Shown here: in pieces, positions 34,364 to 42,888 of the stretch | Numbering within the stretch: the stretch's first letter is position 1 | Layout of the letters: each line of letters opens with the position of its first letter | Source of the DNA: a virus | Length of the DNA: 64,000 bases | IMG/VR virus record: IMGVR_UViG_3300021400_000026 | Direction: 5' to 3' (one strand) | The notes under the pieces: model-generated | The model's input: only the letters and a program-made list of their open reading frames with translations | Databases searched by the model: none | Told to the model about the DNA's origin: nothing | Program-made: the position numbers and the translations under genes

Positions 34364-34876
34364 CTATTTTCCGAGTACCATCATATAGGCATAGATGAAG
34401 GTGATGGCGAAGCACATCATCTCGGCCCAGAAGGTCTGCGTGGGCCAATCGTGATTGTCGCGCGTCTTCCAGATGAACACACCCACCCACGGGAGCCACA
34501 GCAGGATCAGCTTCGGACGGTTGAATGCCACGAGTCCCATAGCGCTGAGGGCGCAGACGACGGCCGAAACGAGGTGTACGCGGTAGGCCATGTCGCTCTT
34601 GTCCTTGACCAGCGGGCAGCCCGCCACGAAGAGCAGGCCTGCACAGGCAAAGAAAGCCAGGAACTGGGCACGATGGGCCGTGCCGATGAGTACGGGAGCC
34701 AGGGCGAAGACGACGGCTGCGATGACCGCCGTCCACAGCCACGCGCCCTTCCTTGGCAGGAAGAAAACGGAGGCCGAGAGAGAACGGGGGATGCCGTTTT
34801 GGGCACACAGGATGACGGTGTAGGCTATCAGCAACACGGCAGCGATGGTGATAAGGATGAAGAATGTTGTGATCAT
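34364..34876 (-). CDS. polytopic membrane protein, paralog of 25650..26153 (moron inside the tail module)
   Basis: Multi-pass hydrophobic 170-aa ORF preceded by terminator 34887..34927. Confidence 0.65.
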   Translation of the reverse strand: MITTFFILITIAAVLLIAYTVILCAQNGIPRSLSASVFFLPRKGAWLWTAVIAAVVFALAPVLIGTAHRAQFLAFFACAGLLFVAGCPLVKDKSDMAYRVHLVSAVVCALSAMGLVAFNRPKLILLWLPWVGVFIWKTRDNHDWPTQTFWAEMMCFAITFIYAYMMVLGK

Positions 34877-34886
34877 TGTTCTGACA

Positions 34887-34927
34887 TAAAAAAAGAAACT
34901 CGCCGATTAGTCGGCTCACTAATCGGC
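34887..34927 (-). terminator. intrinsic terminator
   Basis: CGCCGATTAGT-N6-ACTAATCGGCG followed by AGTTTCTTTTTTT on the minus strand. Confidence 0.75.
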
Positions 34928-34945
34928 GGTTATAGTACCTGGGGT

Positions 34946-35652
34946 TTACTCTTCCGTCTGGCTGTTGATCGCATCCATCACGTCCAGCAGTTCTTCCACG
35001 TCTTCAGCAGAGATGGGCGGCTCGTCGTCGTCATCGTCGAAGTCGAAGAGCATGGGGAACATGTCGGCCACGGTCTTGCCCTGTGGGTCGCGCATGACGT
35101 GGATGGCGGCATAGACGCATTCAGCCATCAGTTGATGCTTCAGCAGGTCGCGGCGACGGTAGCCGCGAATAATACGGCGCACCTCCCAGAAGCGGAGGTC
35201 GTAGAGAAACTCACGGCGAGGGATTCCGATTTCGCCCACTAACAACTGATAGATGTCGTGGGCGTTGCTTAGTTTTTTCCCTTACCCTTTCCTTTCGCTG
35301 GCTTTTCGGCTGGCTCGCCATTGGGGATGTTATAGAACTTCGCCCAAAGGTTGATGATGGTGCCGAGAGCCTTGCCGAGTTCGAGGGGCGTAGTGTCGTT
35401 CATCAGGTCGGTGTCCTTGATAGGTGCGTCTTTGTCTTGGCTCTGATAGTAGGCCATGACTGCAGACAGCACGAGGTAGATGCTGCGCTTAGCGTCCGGC
35501 ATCCGTGCGGGCTTGGCATTGACGCAGGCGATGGTCTCCTGGATGATGGCGGCAATGTCTTCGCCCGACAGGTCTTTGTAGGCGATTTCGGTGGCGTAGC
35601 AGTAGCCAAGTGTGACGGGCTTGCCTGCAAGTGTAATTTCTTCGTGGATCAT
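34946..35652 (-). CDS. tail assembly chaperone GT-like fusion made by programmed -1 frameshift
   Basis: The slippery heptamer G GGA AAA (35275-35281, correct zero-frame phasing) lies 2 codons before the stop of 35269..35652. The -1 frame stays open (AAA CTA AGC AAC GCC CAC GAC ATC TAT CAG TTG..) into ORF 34946..35245. Confidence 0.7.
35269..35652 (-). CDS. tail assembly chaperone (G-like)
   Basis: 127 aa, between the tail tube and tape-measure regions. It ends ..KGKGKGKN over the slippery site. Confidence 0.7.
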   Translation of the reverse strand: MIHEEITLAGKPVTLGYCYATEIAYKDLSGEDIAAIIQETIACVNAKPARMPDAKRSIYLVLSAVMAYYQSQDKDAPIKDTDLMNDTTPLELGKALGTIINLWAKFYNIPNGEPAEKPAKGKGKGKN

Positions 35653-35744
35653 AGTTGCTTGATATTTTTGGGATTAGGGTTGCGATGGAATCGCAACATA
35701 CTGAAAAAAGGAGAGGGCGGCTGTCCCGCCCTCCGCTGGCGGGA

Positions 35745-36188
35745 TTATGTGAGTGAGCCGGGCACCAGCGGGCCGTATCCGTTGATGGTGCCGCTGTAGG
35801 TGACCTGTTGAGAGACTTGGCCGGTAGCCTGAACGTTGGTCATCTTGCCATGACCAGAGCAAATGACTGTGCCCATTGTGCGGTTCTGTTCGCCGCTGGC
35901 GAGGGCAATCTTCCAGTTGATGATTTCGTCGTTCACCTTGCCTTCCATGTCAGCAAAGGTCTTGCCGGTGTCCGTGCCGCTGGCAACGAGGGCAGAGAAG
36001 TTGATGTCGTAGGTGCGACCAACCACGTCGTTCTCGTCCCATACGGCACCCGTGGAGTCGGTGGTGTCCTTGGTCGTGCTGTTCTCTGTCTGGGCTGAGC
36101 CATGAAGACTGAGTTCGGTGCTCATGGCGATCACCTTGTTGCTGCTACCTTCTACGATGAAGAGTCTGAGATGTTGTCCTTTTTCCAT
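35745..36188 (-). CDS. major tail (tube) protein paralog
   Basis: 147 aa. Position and similarity to 36209..36631 (..ST.LSLH....E..TKD......W.....). Confidence 0.6.
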   Translation of the reverse strand: MEKGQHLRLFIVEGSSNKVIAMSTELSLHGSAQTENSTTKDTTDSTGAVWDENDVVGRTYDINFSALVASGTDTGKTFADMEGKVNDEIINWKIALASGEQNRTMGTVICSGHGKMTNVQATGQVSQQVTYSGTINGYGPLVPGSLT

Positions 36189-36208
36189 TGTCGTAATGTT
36201 TTAGAGGG

Positions 36209-36631
36209 TTATGCCAAAGCTCCGCTGCCCATGTACTGGCGCGTCACCTGAATGTTGGTACGGTTGTTGGCCTGGATGGTGAAGTCATTGAGAATGGCCT
36301 GACCCGAGCGGGCGAAGGCGGCGTTGTTGGGTGTGCGGTTCTGGGAGCCTGCTATTTCCTTGGTCTCGTCCCAGCCGACGGTCACTTTGTTGTCGCTGAC
36401 GAACTGCTGGATGACGGCGATGAGCGCGGCGGCGGTGGCCTCGTAGGAATCGACCTGCACCGACCATGAGCGCGAGGTCATCTGCTCCATGCCGAACGAG
36501 CCCTCAGAATCCTTGGTTTTTGCGTCTTCCATATTGCCGGTGATGCTCACCTGACAGCTGGAGGCTTCAGGGACGGCATTGCCTCCGACGAATGCACGGA
36601 AGTTCTGACCTTTAAGTTTCTTTAATGCCAT
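36209..36631 (-). CDS. major tail (tube) protein paralog
   Basis: 140 aa with a phi13/TP901-like tube pattern (ASSCQVSITGNMEDAKTKDSEG...SRSWSVQVDSYEA). Confidence 0.6.
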   Translation of the reverse strand: MALKKLKGQNFRAFVGGNAVPEASSCQVSITGNMEDAKTKDSEGSFGMEQMTSRSWSVQVDSYEATAAALIAVIQQFVSDNKVTVGWDETKEIAGSQNRTPNNAAFARSGQAILNDFTIQANNRTNIQVTRQYMGSGALA

Positions 36632-36637
36632 AGTTGT

Positions 36638-36847
36638 TTACTTTTTGGTGATTGTTACTGTCTGTTCGAAGCTGAAGGTGTCGGGGTGGTACTGGCAGAT
36701 GGTGCGCGTCCACTTGGTGTCTTCGGGGAGAGAGTCAACCAGTGTCTGGCACTGGCTGTAGATTTCCTCGCGGCTCTTGGCCGTGAGCGTCACGCTGCCC
36801 TTGCTGAGCAGCTCTTCGATGAGTGTGGTTTTGATGCCGTTATCCAT
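36638..36847 (-). CDS. hypothetical small protein
   Basis: ORF-track ORF in the head-tail joining region. Confidence 0.5.
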   Translation of the reverse strand: MDNGIKTTLIEELLSKGSVTLTAKSREEIYSQCQTLVDSLPEDTKWTRTICQYHPDTFSFEQTVTITKK

Positions 36848-36849
36848 AA

Positions 36850-37272
36850 CTACTTATTGGTGTCGCATTGATAGGTAAGCAACTGATAGCAGCAGGGCTT
36901 GTCGGGGTCATAGTCCACGCGGCCCGCAGAGAACTGCCAACCGATGGGGGTCAGCGGTTCGCCTTGGTGTGCTTCCCAATAGTCGCATAGCGTCTGGCGC
37001 ACAAGTTCGGTCATGTCGCCAAGCGCGTCGCAGTCCTCATGCACACACAGAATGCTGACCGTCACGCGGTCTTCGTCGCCCTCCACGCCGTCATCCTTCG
37101 TGTCGGCGTTGTTCTGCAAGCCGTCGAAGGTGATGATGATGTAGGGGATTTTGTCTTCGTCCTCGTCCACCGTAGGGCGGGCGGGATTGAAGATGCGGTC
37201 ATCCACGATGGCCGTCACATCTTCGCTCTGTGTCAGTGCGCTGTAGAAGAATTTGTCCGTGAGTAGGCTCAT
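36850..37272 (-). CDS. tail-completion protein, DUF3168-like
   Basis: The pattern ..SALTQSEDVTAIVDDRIFNP......IPYIIITFDG.......RVTVSILCV fits DUF3168. Position also supports the call. Confidence 0.45.
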   Translation of the reverse strand: MSLLTDKFFYSALTQSEDVTAIVDDRIFNPARPTVDEDEDKIPYIIITFDGLQNNADTKDDGVEGDEDRVTVSILCVHEDCDALGDMTELVRQTLCDYWEAHQGEPLTPIGWQFSAGRVDYDPDKPCCYQLLTYQCDTNK

Positions 37273-37279
37273 ACTGCTG

Positions 37280-37675
37280 TCAGTTGCTTTGGTTAATAAT
37301 CATTGTTACGACGAACTCCAGCAGACGACCACCGACGTAGCCCTGTAGGTAGGCCGCCTGTTCAGTGCCAAGCGTCACGCCGTAGTATTCGGCGACGTGG
37401 GCCTGTACGTGATCGGTCTCGTGGTCGATGGTGTTCAGGAACTCCCGCAGGCTGGTGGCTCGGCCAATACACACGATGCTTTCGCACCGACCCATCGAGG
37501 TGAGCGTATAGCCTGCGTTCCATCCCTGCAGGTTGCTGACGGCATCTTCCACCATCTGACGCGGGGCACCCAGCGAGCGGAGCATTGCGCCCACTTCGCC
37601 GAGGTCTTGCGGCCATACGTCGTAGAGTACGGTCACGTCCCAGTAGCCTTCGATGGATAGATGCTGTGCTGTCAT
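37280..37675 (-). CDS. small protein with an HExxH motif
   Basis: IDHETDHVQAHV contains HETDH. 131 aa inside the head-tail module. Confidence 0.4.
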   Translation of the reverse strand: MTAQHLSIEGYWDVTVLYDVWPQDLGEVGAMLRSLGAPRQMVEDAVSNLQGWNAGYTLTSMGRCESIVCIGRATSLREFLNTIDHETDHVQAHVAEYYGVTLGTEQAAYLQGYVGGRLLEFVVTMIINQSN

Positions 37676-37688
37676 TCGTCAATTCACT

Positions 37689-38036
37689 TTAGAGTTGGTT
37701 GCGGTTCTCGGCACCGTTGCGCCCGTAGGCATCGCGCTGGCCTTTCATGTAGGCTTCGCGCTCCTCGGGAGTCATGTAGTCGAGGTGCTGGCCTTCCATG
37801 TGCTTGTCGCGCATAGCCTGCTCGTAGCCCTCGCGGTAGCCGTCACGGTAGCCCTGTTCAAACTCACGGCCAACGGTCATGGTGCGGTAGTTACCGCCCG
37901 TGCCGCCCGTTCGGAACTGGTGGCGCATCTGTTCGCGCATCTGTTCCTTCAGGTCTTGGCCGTCGTTGGTCAAAATGATTGTTCCGCTGTTTGGATCGTA
38001 AATCATTGCTTTATCTGTTTTTATCGCAGTCGCCAT
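37689..38036 (-). CDS. hypothetical protein
   Basis: ORF-track ORF rich in charged residues, with Tyr/Arg repeats (GYRDGYREGYEQ). Confidence 0.5.
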   Translation of the reverse strand: MATAIKTDKAMIYDPNSGTIILTNDGQDLKEQMREQMRHQFRTGGTGGNYRTMTVGREFEQGYRDGYREGYEQAMRDKHMEGQHLDYMTPEEREAYMKGQRDAYGRNGAENRNQL

Positions 38037-38038
38037 GA

Positions 38039-38590
38039 CTATGAATCCTTTTTCCCTCCCTTCGTTGCGGGTGTCGGTGTGCCGCCGCTCAGTTTCTCCA
38101 GCAGTTCGAGCGTCTTGGCCTGCATATCCTTCATGCCCTGGAGTTCGCCCTTCGTCGCTGCCAGTTCTGCCTGTAGGCTCTCAATGGTCTCAGCCTGCTT
38201 ACGAGTGGCCGCATAGCCGGGGTTGATGACCTCCTTGCACTTGGGGCCGTCCTGCTTCAGCTTCTTGTAGTAGTTGAGATTCTGGAGAATCTTGTCGGCT
38301 TCGCTCACCTTCTCGTCGATGATGCGCTCAGCCGTCTCGCGGTTGCCCGTGTAGATTTCCGGCTCACGGCCAGCCACTTCGAGGCCGACGGGTAGCCCTG
38401 GTACCAGCCTGTCTTGACCACCGATGTTCACGGTGAGGTCAACCAACTGGGAGTTGAGCGTGTTGTTCATCGGCCAGTAGGGTGCCGATTTGCCTTTCAC
38501 TGTGCCGACGGCTACCTGTAAGCCGCCGTTGGTGCTGATAACGTAGAAGTTCGCACCGATTGGGAGTTCTGAAAAATTATTCATAGTCAT
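38039..38590 (-). CDS. hypothetical virion-module protein
   Basis: ORF-track ORF of 183 aa. Confidence 0.55.
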   Translation of the reverse strand: MTMNNFSELPIGANFYVISTNGGLQVAVGTVKGKSAPYWPMNNTLNSQLVDLTVNIGGQDRLVPGLPVGLEVAGREPEIYTGNRETAERIIDEKVSEADKILQNLNYYKKLKQDGPKCKEVINPGYAATRKQAETIESLQAELAATKGELQGMKDMQAKTLELLEKLSGGTPTPATKGGKKDS

Positions 38591-38621
38591 AGTTCTTTTG
38601 ATTGTTAATACTCTTGTTAAT

Positions 38622-38996
38622 TTATCCTTGCTGATTTGTTGCAGCAGCGGCTGGTGCCGGAGTGCTCAGCAGTTGGAGGATGTTGTTGCCGAGGTCGTTG
38701 AACACTTCCAGTACGCCTGTCCCCTGAAGGTCGGCCACCGTCACGGGCTGGCCTCCGAAGAAGGTCAACTGGCGGGTGTTGCCGTTCAGCGAAAGCGTCA
38801 CGGGCAGCGCGGCATCGGTTCCTGCCGGGATGGCCGTACCGATACGGACGTAAATCGTCCCGGTCGGTGCTATGTTGCGGTCGCCCATTGAGAGGTTCAC
38901 GGCAGTAGTCCCAACGGTGATGTTCGTCACCATCAGGTACGGCACGTAACCGTCAACGAACGGCACTTGGTTACAATTACAGTTGCAGCAGTTCAT
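38622..38996 (-). CDS. hypothetical protein with N-terminal CCNCNCN motif
   Basis: MNCCNCNCNQ... followed by a beta-rich body. It lies downstream of the capsid gene cluster. Confidence 0.5.
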   Translation of the reverse strand: MNCCNCNCNQVPFVDGYVPYLMVTNITVGTTAVNLSMGDRNIAPTGTIYVRIGTAIPAGTDAALPVTLSLNGNTRQLTFFGGQPVTVADLQGTGVLEVFNDLGNNILQLLSTPAPAAAATNQQG

Positions 38997-39015
38997 GTCT
39001 TGCCTCCTTTCTCGT

Positions 39016-39900
39016 TTAGAAACCGCCGCGATAGCCGTAGGGATAGCCGTTGAAGCCGGGCCAGTTGCTGTTGGGTGTGTTGTTCACCACCTGAAGGTTC
39101 GGGTACTGAACGGGAACGGTGTTCGGCATCTTGTCGAGCATCTCCTTGACGGTGGCCTGGATGGGAGCCAGCTGTGCGTTCACGTAGCCGATAATCTGTG
39201 AGGTCTGTGCGTTTATGTTGTCCTTCGTGCGCAGCTGACTGATTTCGTCGGCCTGCTTGTCGATGATGGCCTGCATGTCGCGCTCGCGGGCATCGCAGAA
39301 CTCCTTGATCATGGTGGTCTTCAGGTCTGCAATGGCATCCACCTGACGCTGGCCCTGTGCGTTGATGCTGCCCTTCAGGTCGTTGGTCTGCTCGATGGTC
39401 TGGATGCGTCCCTCGTAGCCCTGCTGGGTGGTCAGCAAGCGGTTGTCGCAGCAGCACTTAGCGAGCTGAGAAGCGAGGTTGCAATCACCCTGCTGGAGTG
39501 CGTTGATGACCTGGAGGAAGCCCATGCCGTTGGCACTTGCCAGATTGCTGATAGCAGCCTGTACGCCCATGACAGCTGGAAGCACGGTATTGTAGTTCTG
39601 ACCCATCGACGTAGCGAGGTTCTGAATGGCTGCACGGCTGGCTGCACCCTCTGCTGTAACGGCCTGGAGAGCCAGTGCGCTGTCCACATTCGGGCAGTTA
39701 CAGTTGCCACAACGGTTGCCGAACTGGCCGTTTCCGAAGATGTTGGGGAAGATGCTGGCGACGATGGCGAAGCCGAACAAATCCATGAGGCTCGTCTGAC
39801 CGTTGCCGAATGGTCCGCCGTTTCCGGCTACTGGGAGGAGCGTTGTTCCTCCATTCTGATTACCCCCGTTCTGGGGAAGCTGAATAATTTCACTTGGCAT
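39016..39900 (-). CDS. hypothetical Gly/Asn/Gln-rich protein with CGNCNC and CCC motifs
   Basis: 294 aa immediately downstream of the major capsid gene. The central part is coiled-coil-like. Confidence 0.55.
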   Translation of the reverse strand: MPSEIIQLPQNGGNQNGGTTLLPVAGNGGPFGNGQTSLMDLFGFAIVASIFPNIFGNGQFGNRCGNCNCPNVDSALALQAVTAEGAASRAAIQNLATSMGQNYNTVLPAVMGVQAAISNLASANGMGFLQVINALQQGDCNLASQLAKCCCDNRLLTTQQGYEGRIQTIEQTNDLKGSINAQGQRQVDAIADLKTTMIKEFCDARERDMQAIIDKQADEISQLRTKDNINAQTSQIIGYVNAQLAPIQATVKEMLDKMPNTVPVQYPNLQVVNNTPNSNWPGFNGYPYGYRGGF

Positions 39901-39990
39901 AATGCTTAGAAATTTTAATTGTTAAACTTATACATACGGCACCTTGCCGTACACTTACCTGTTGATTTGTTGTCTTGGGTTTACTCTTTT

Positions 39991-40049
39991 AAGAAAGCCC
40001 GCAGGCTCGGTCATGGCTGTTGCTGGTGCATCGCCGCCGTCCTGCGGGC
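39991..40049 (-). terminator. hairpin after the major capsid gene
   Basis: GCCCGCAGG (39997-40005) pairs with CCTGCGGGC (40041-40049). The loop is 35 nt and the stem is followed by TTTCTT on the minus strand. Confidence 0.45.
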
Positions 40050-40084
40050 CGATTATCAAGAACTATGAACTTGATGTGAGAGTG

Positions 40085-41320
40085 TTAGTCGCCAATCTCG
40101 TTGCTGCTGGAGCCGGTCTTGCTATAGACCACGAAGCCGTCGGCACCGTCCTTCAGCACGGTCATCGAGAAGTCGGCGTTGATGGTCACGATCACCTCGT
40201 CGGTGTCGGCTGCCAGTGCAGAGGTAGCATCAATCGAGAGACGGATGTTGCCGTGCTGCATGGTGGGCAGGTACTTGAAGTTTCCAAGTCCGATGTTGTG
40301 ACCCTCGAGCGCACCCTTCTGGGTGGCGCGGTTGATGGCGTTGTTGGCGATGACGGGAATGCCCAGCAGACGGTTGTCGTTGCCGATGAGCATGATGCCA
40401 GAGCCTGCATCCAGCGGAGTGACCTTGGCCAGCCAGAAGTCGGCAGCGCCCATCACGAATACCACGTTGTCGAGCTTGATGTTACGAGAGGCGAGCTTGC
40501 CAATCATCTCAGCAGCGACTTCCTTGGTCAGCGTGGTGTAGGTGCCTGTCTGCTTGCCCGGCACGTAGCCAGCAGCGCCGTAGGTGCCCTGCTCGGCATC
40601 CTGTGCGAAACCGCCGTACAGAGTCTCGGTGGCCTTGGTGGTAGAGGCAGCGGCCCAGTTGATCTTGTCGCGCAGAGCGTTGGCGACGTGGGTAACGATG
40701 TAGCCCTGGAGGTCGAAGGCAGAGTTCTCCAGCACCTGATTGCTGACGCGGACGCGCAGGGTCAGGCGGTTCTGGATAGGTGTCTGCTTGTCGAGCGAGA
40801 TCTTGCGCTCGGTGGTCTTTGCCAACTCGTTGGCGAAGACGGCTTCCACGCCACCGGCGAAGGCCCACTGAATCTTGTTGCCTACCACGCCCGTTGTCAT
40901 GGGCACACCGGCGGTCAGCAGGATGTCGTCGTCCTTGCGCTCGGTGTCGATGAGGTCAACGACGGTGATGCCCTGCACGTAGGGAGTGGTGTCGGCGGTG
41001 CTCATGGCCTCTCGGTTCAGAGGCAGCATGAAGGAGTCGCCCTTCTTGGCGGTCTTGATGAACTCGCGCAGCTGGGTGTTCACGTCCACCTTCGGGGCAG
41101 AGGTCAGCGAGCGGTTCTGCTTCTCGTTGAGCAGCATCTTGGACTCGCGCTCCACGGCCTTGTACTCTACTTCGAGGCTTTCGCGCTCTGCGGTCTTGGC
41201 AGCACGCTCCTCGTCGGTCAACTCACGGTTGAGCAGGTCGTTCTCGACCACGCCCAGTTTGTCTGAAAGCTCGCGCTGGTATGCCAGAGCGGCTTCGACG
41301 TTTTCAAACTTTTTCTTCAT
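40085..41320 (-). CDS. major capsid protein, HK97 family
   Basis: 411 aa. An N-terminal coiled-coil delta-like domain is followed by an HK97-type body. The gene lies directly downstream of the prohead protease. Confidence 0.85.
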   Translation of the reverse strand: MKKKFENVEAALAYQRELSDKLGVVENDLLNRELTDEERAAKTAERESLEVEYKAVERESKMLLNEKQNRSLTSAPKVDVNTQLREFIKTAKKGDSFMLPLNREAMSTADTTPYVQGITVVDLIDTERKDDDILLTAGVPMTTGVVGNKIQWAFAGGVEAVFANELAKTTERKISLDKQTPIQNRLTLRVRVSNQVLENSAFDLQGYIVTHVANALRDKINWAAASTTKATETLYGGFAQDAEQGTYGAAGYVPGKQTGTYTTLTKEVAAEMIGKLASRNIKLDNVVFVMGAADFWLAKVTPLDAGSGIMLIGNDNRLLGIPVIANNAINRATQKGALEGHNIGLGNFKYLPTMQHGNIRLSIDATSALAADTDEVIVTINADFSMTVLKDGADGFVVYSKTGSSSNEIGD

Positions 41321-41341
41321 GTCCTAAAACGTTTTAAGGGG

Positions 41342-42064
41342 TTAATAATTGAAGTTGTCTAATTCCATCTCACGGCGACGCTGCTCTTGCAGCATCTTGA
41401 TTTTCTCGCGCTCCTGTGCCAGTTCCTTCTCGTGGCGTTCGCGCTCCTGCTGGAGTCGGGCTTCCTCGTCGGCCTTGCGCTTGGCTTCCTCGGCCTCACG
41501 CTTGGCAGTCGGGGTCTCGTTCCACATTTCACGCGCATTGACCTGTGTGGCACGGTATGCGGGGTCCATGCCGATGGTCAGTGCTGTGATGGCCTTGAAA
41601 CGCTTGTGGGTGATGCGCACTTCCTTGTCGGCACCGCGCTCCTCCACTTCGTACTGGTCTGGGATGAACTCGAAGGAACATCCGCTGTAAACGCCCGTGC
41701 GTACCAGTTCCAGCGCACGGTCGCCGATGTCACACTTGGGAGCGTCGAACTCGAAGTTCACGCCCTTGCCGTCCACACTCAGCCTGAGTGAGCCGCGTCC
41801 CTCCTTGCAGCGTGCAAGGGTCAGCTGGCGGTCGTGCAGCATATTCAGCTTGATGTCCTGAGTGTTCAGGAATGCCATCTGTGCTGCCTCGGGCTTGATT
41901 ATTTCCCGGAATCTCTGTCCCCAGTCGTCAAGCACCTCCGATTCAGAATTGAATACGATGGCTGTGCCTGTGATGGTGCGAGACTCGCCCTGCGAACCTT
42001 CTGCCGCTTCTCTAACGGCCAGCTCGCACTCAATAGTTCTGATTTCTCGTTTTGTTGCATCCAT
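41342..42064 (-). CDS. prohead protease, HK97 family (S78/U35)
   Basis: ITGTAIVFNSESEVL..FREIIKPEA....LHDR..LARC..GSL......GV.FEFD....D.GDRALELVRTGVYSGCSFEF fits the family pattern. The basic coiled-coil C-terminus is typical of scaffold-protease fusions. Confidence 0.8.
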   Translation of the reverse strand: MDATKREIRTIECELAVREAAEGSQGESRTITGTAIVFNSESEVLDDWGQRFREIIKPEAAQMAFLNTQDIKLNMLHDRQLTLARCKEGRGSLRLSVDGKGVNFEFDAPKCDIGDRALELVRTGVYSGCSFEFIPDQYEVEERGADKEVRITHKRFKAITALTIGMDPAYRATQVNAREMWNETPTAKREAEEAKRKADEEARLQQERERHEKELAQEREKIKMLQEQRRREMELDNFNY

Positions 42065-42096
42065 ATCACTTTTTTAATTGATGGTTTACTTATTGG

Positions 42097-42888
42097 TTAT
42101 TTTCCCATCTGGGGTTTACTCCACAATTCCTCGTTCTGTTTCAGCCATTCGGCCTGCTGCTTCAGGGTGGCATTCTTCCAGCTTGCACTGCCGAGGTGTA
42201 CCACCATCGGACGGATGTCAACGTGCAGACCTTTCAGTCGTGGGCGATGGGTAAGCACGTCCTCCAGCAGGCTTGCGCCGGTGTCGTACCAGTTTTGAGG
42301 GTTGTCCTCACCCTTGTGGAGCATCCACGAGCGGTCGGGATCGAAGTAGTTCACGCCCTCTGCCCGGAACTTCGGCACGTTGAAGTAGCACAGCATCGGC
42401 AGTATGCGACCACGCCCGAAACGGTTTCCGCGCTGCTGCTTCTGAACATAACCGCAGAAGGAATACTCCTCACGCCACAGGGTGCTGATGTCGGCTTTCA
42501 CGAGGATGTCGCTCTCCACGAGAATGAATCCGTCCGGCAGCTGCTCCCAAAGTTTCTGCACGGTCATCATGTGACGGTCCGAGCCCCACAGGTTTACTTC
42601 GCCGTGCGGCTTGTGGCGGTCGGGGAAGGCCTGCAAAGCCTTGTCGAAGTCCACCTGCTGCCCCTTCGTATTGTCGATTATCTTCACGCCCTTCATGCGC
42701 TTCTTGAACGGGTGCGCCTCGATGGTGCGGGCAGGGAGTTCGTCACCGGCTGGCAGAGTCAAGTCCTGCGAATTGTCGAACACCACAATGGGCCACTCAC
42801 AGCCGTGCTTCCTGATTGACAGGATGCAGCACTCCACCAGTTCCGGCGTGTTCAGGTTGATAATGGCGATGGTCTGTTTCTTCTTCAT
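42097..42888 (-). CDS. GT-A (family 2-like) glycosyltransferase
   Basis: MKKKQTIAIINLNTPELVECCILSIRKHG..PIVVFDNSQD and VESDILV resemble the GT2 N-terminal Rossmann region and a DxD-like motif. Confidence 0.5.
   Translation of the reverse strand: MKKKQTIAIINLNTPELVECCILSIRKHGCEWPIVVFDNSQDLTLPAGDELPARTIEAHPFKKRMKGVKIIDNTKGQQVDFDKALQAFPDRHKPHGEVNLWGSDRHMMTVQKLWEQLPDGFILVESDILVKADISTLWREEYSFCGYVQKQQRGNRFGRGRILPMLCYFNVPKFRAEGVNYFDPDRSWMLHKGEDNPQNWYDTGASLLEDVLTHRPRLKGLHVDIRPMVVHLGSASWKNATLKQQAEWLKQNEELWSKPQMGK

Noticed and set aside
33711-34919. 402-aa ORF as a single gene
   Set aside because: Its N-terminal 229 codons run, in another frame, over the membrane-protein gene 34364..34876 and the 24-bp repeat array, and they have an Arg/Pro/His-rich junk composition. 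Only the 3' part from 34232 (or 34259) looks like a real HU-like gene.
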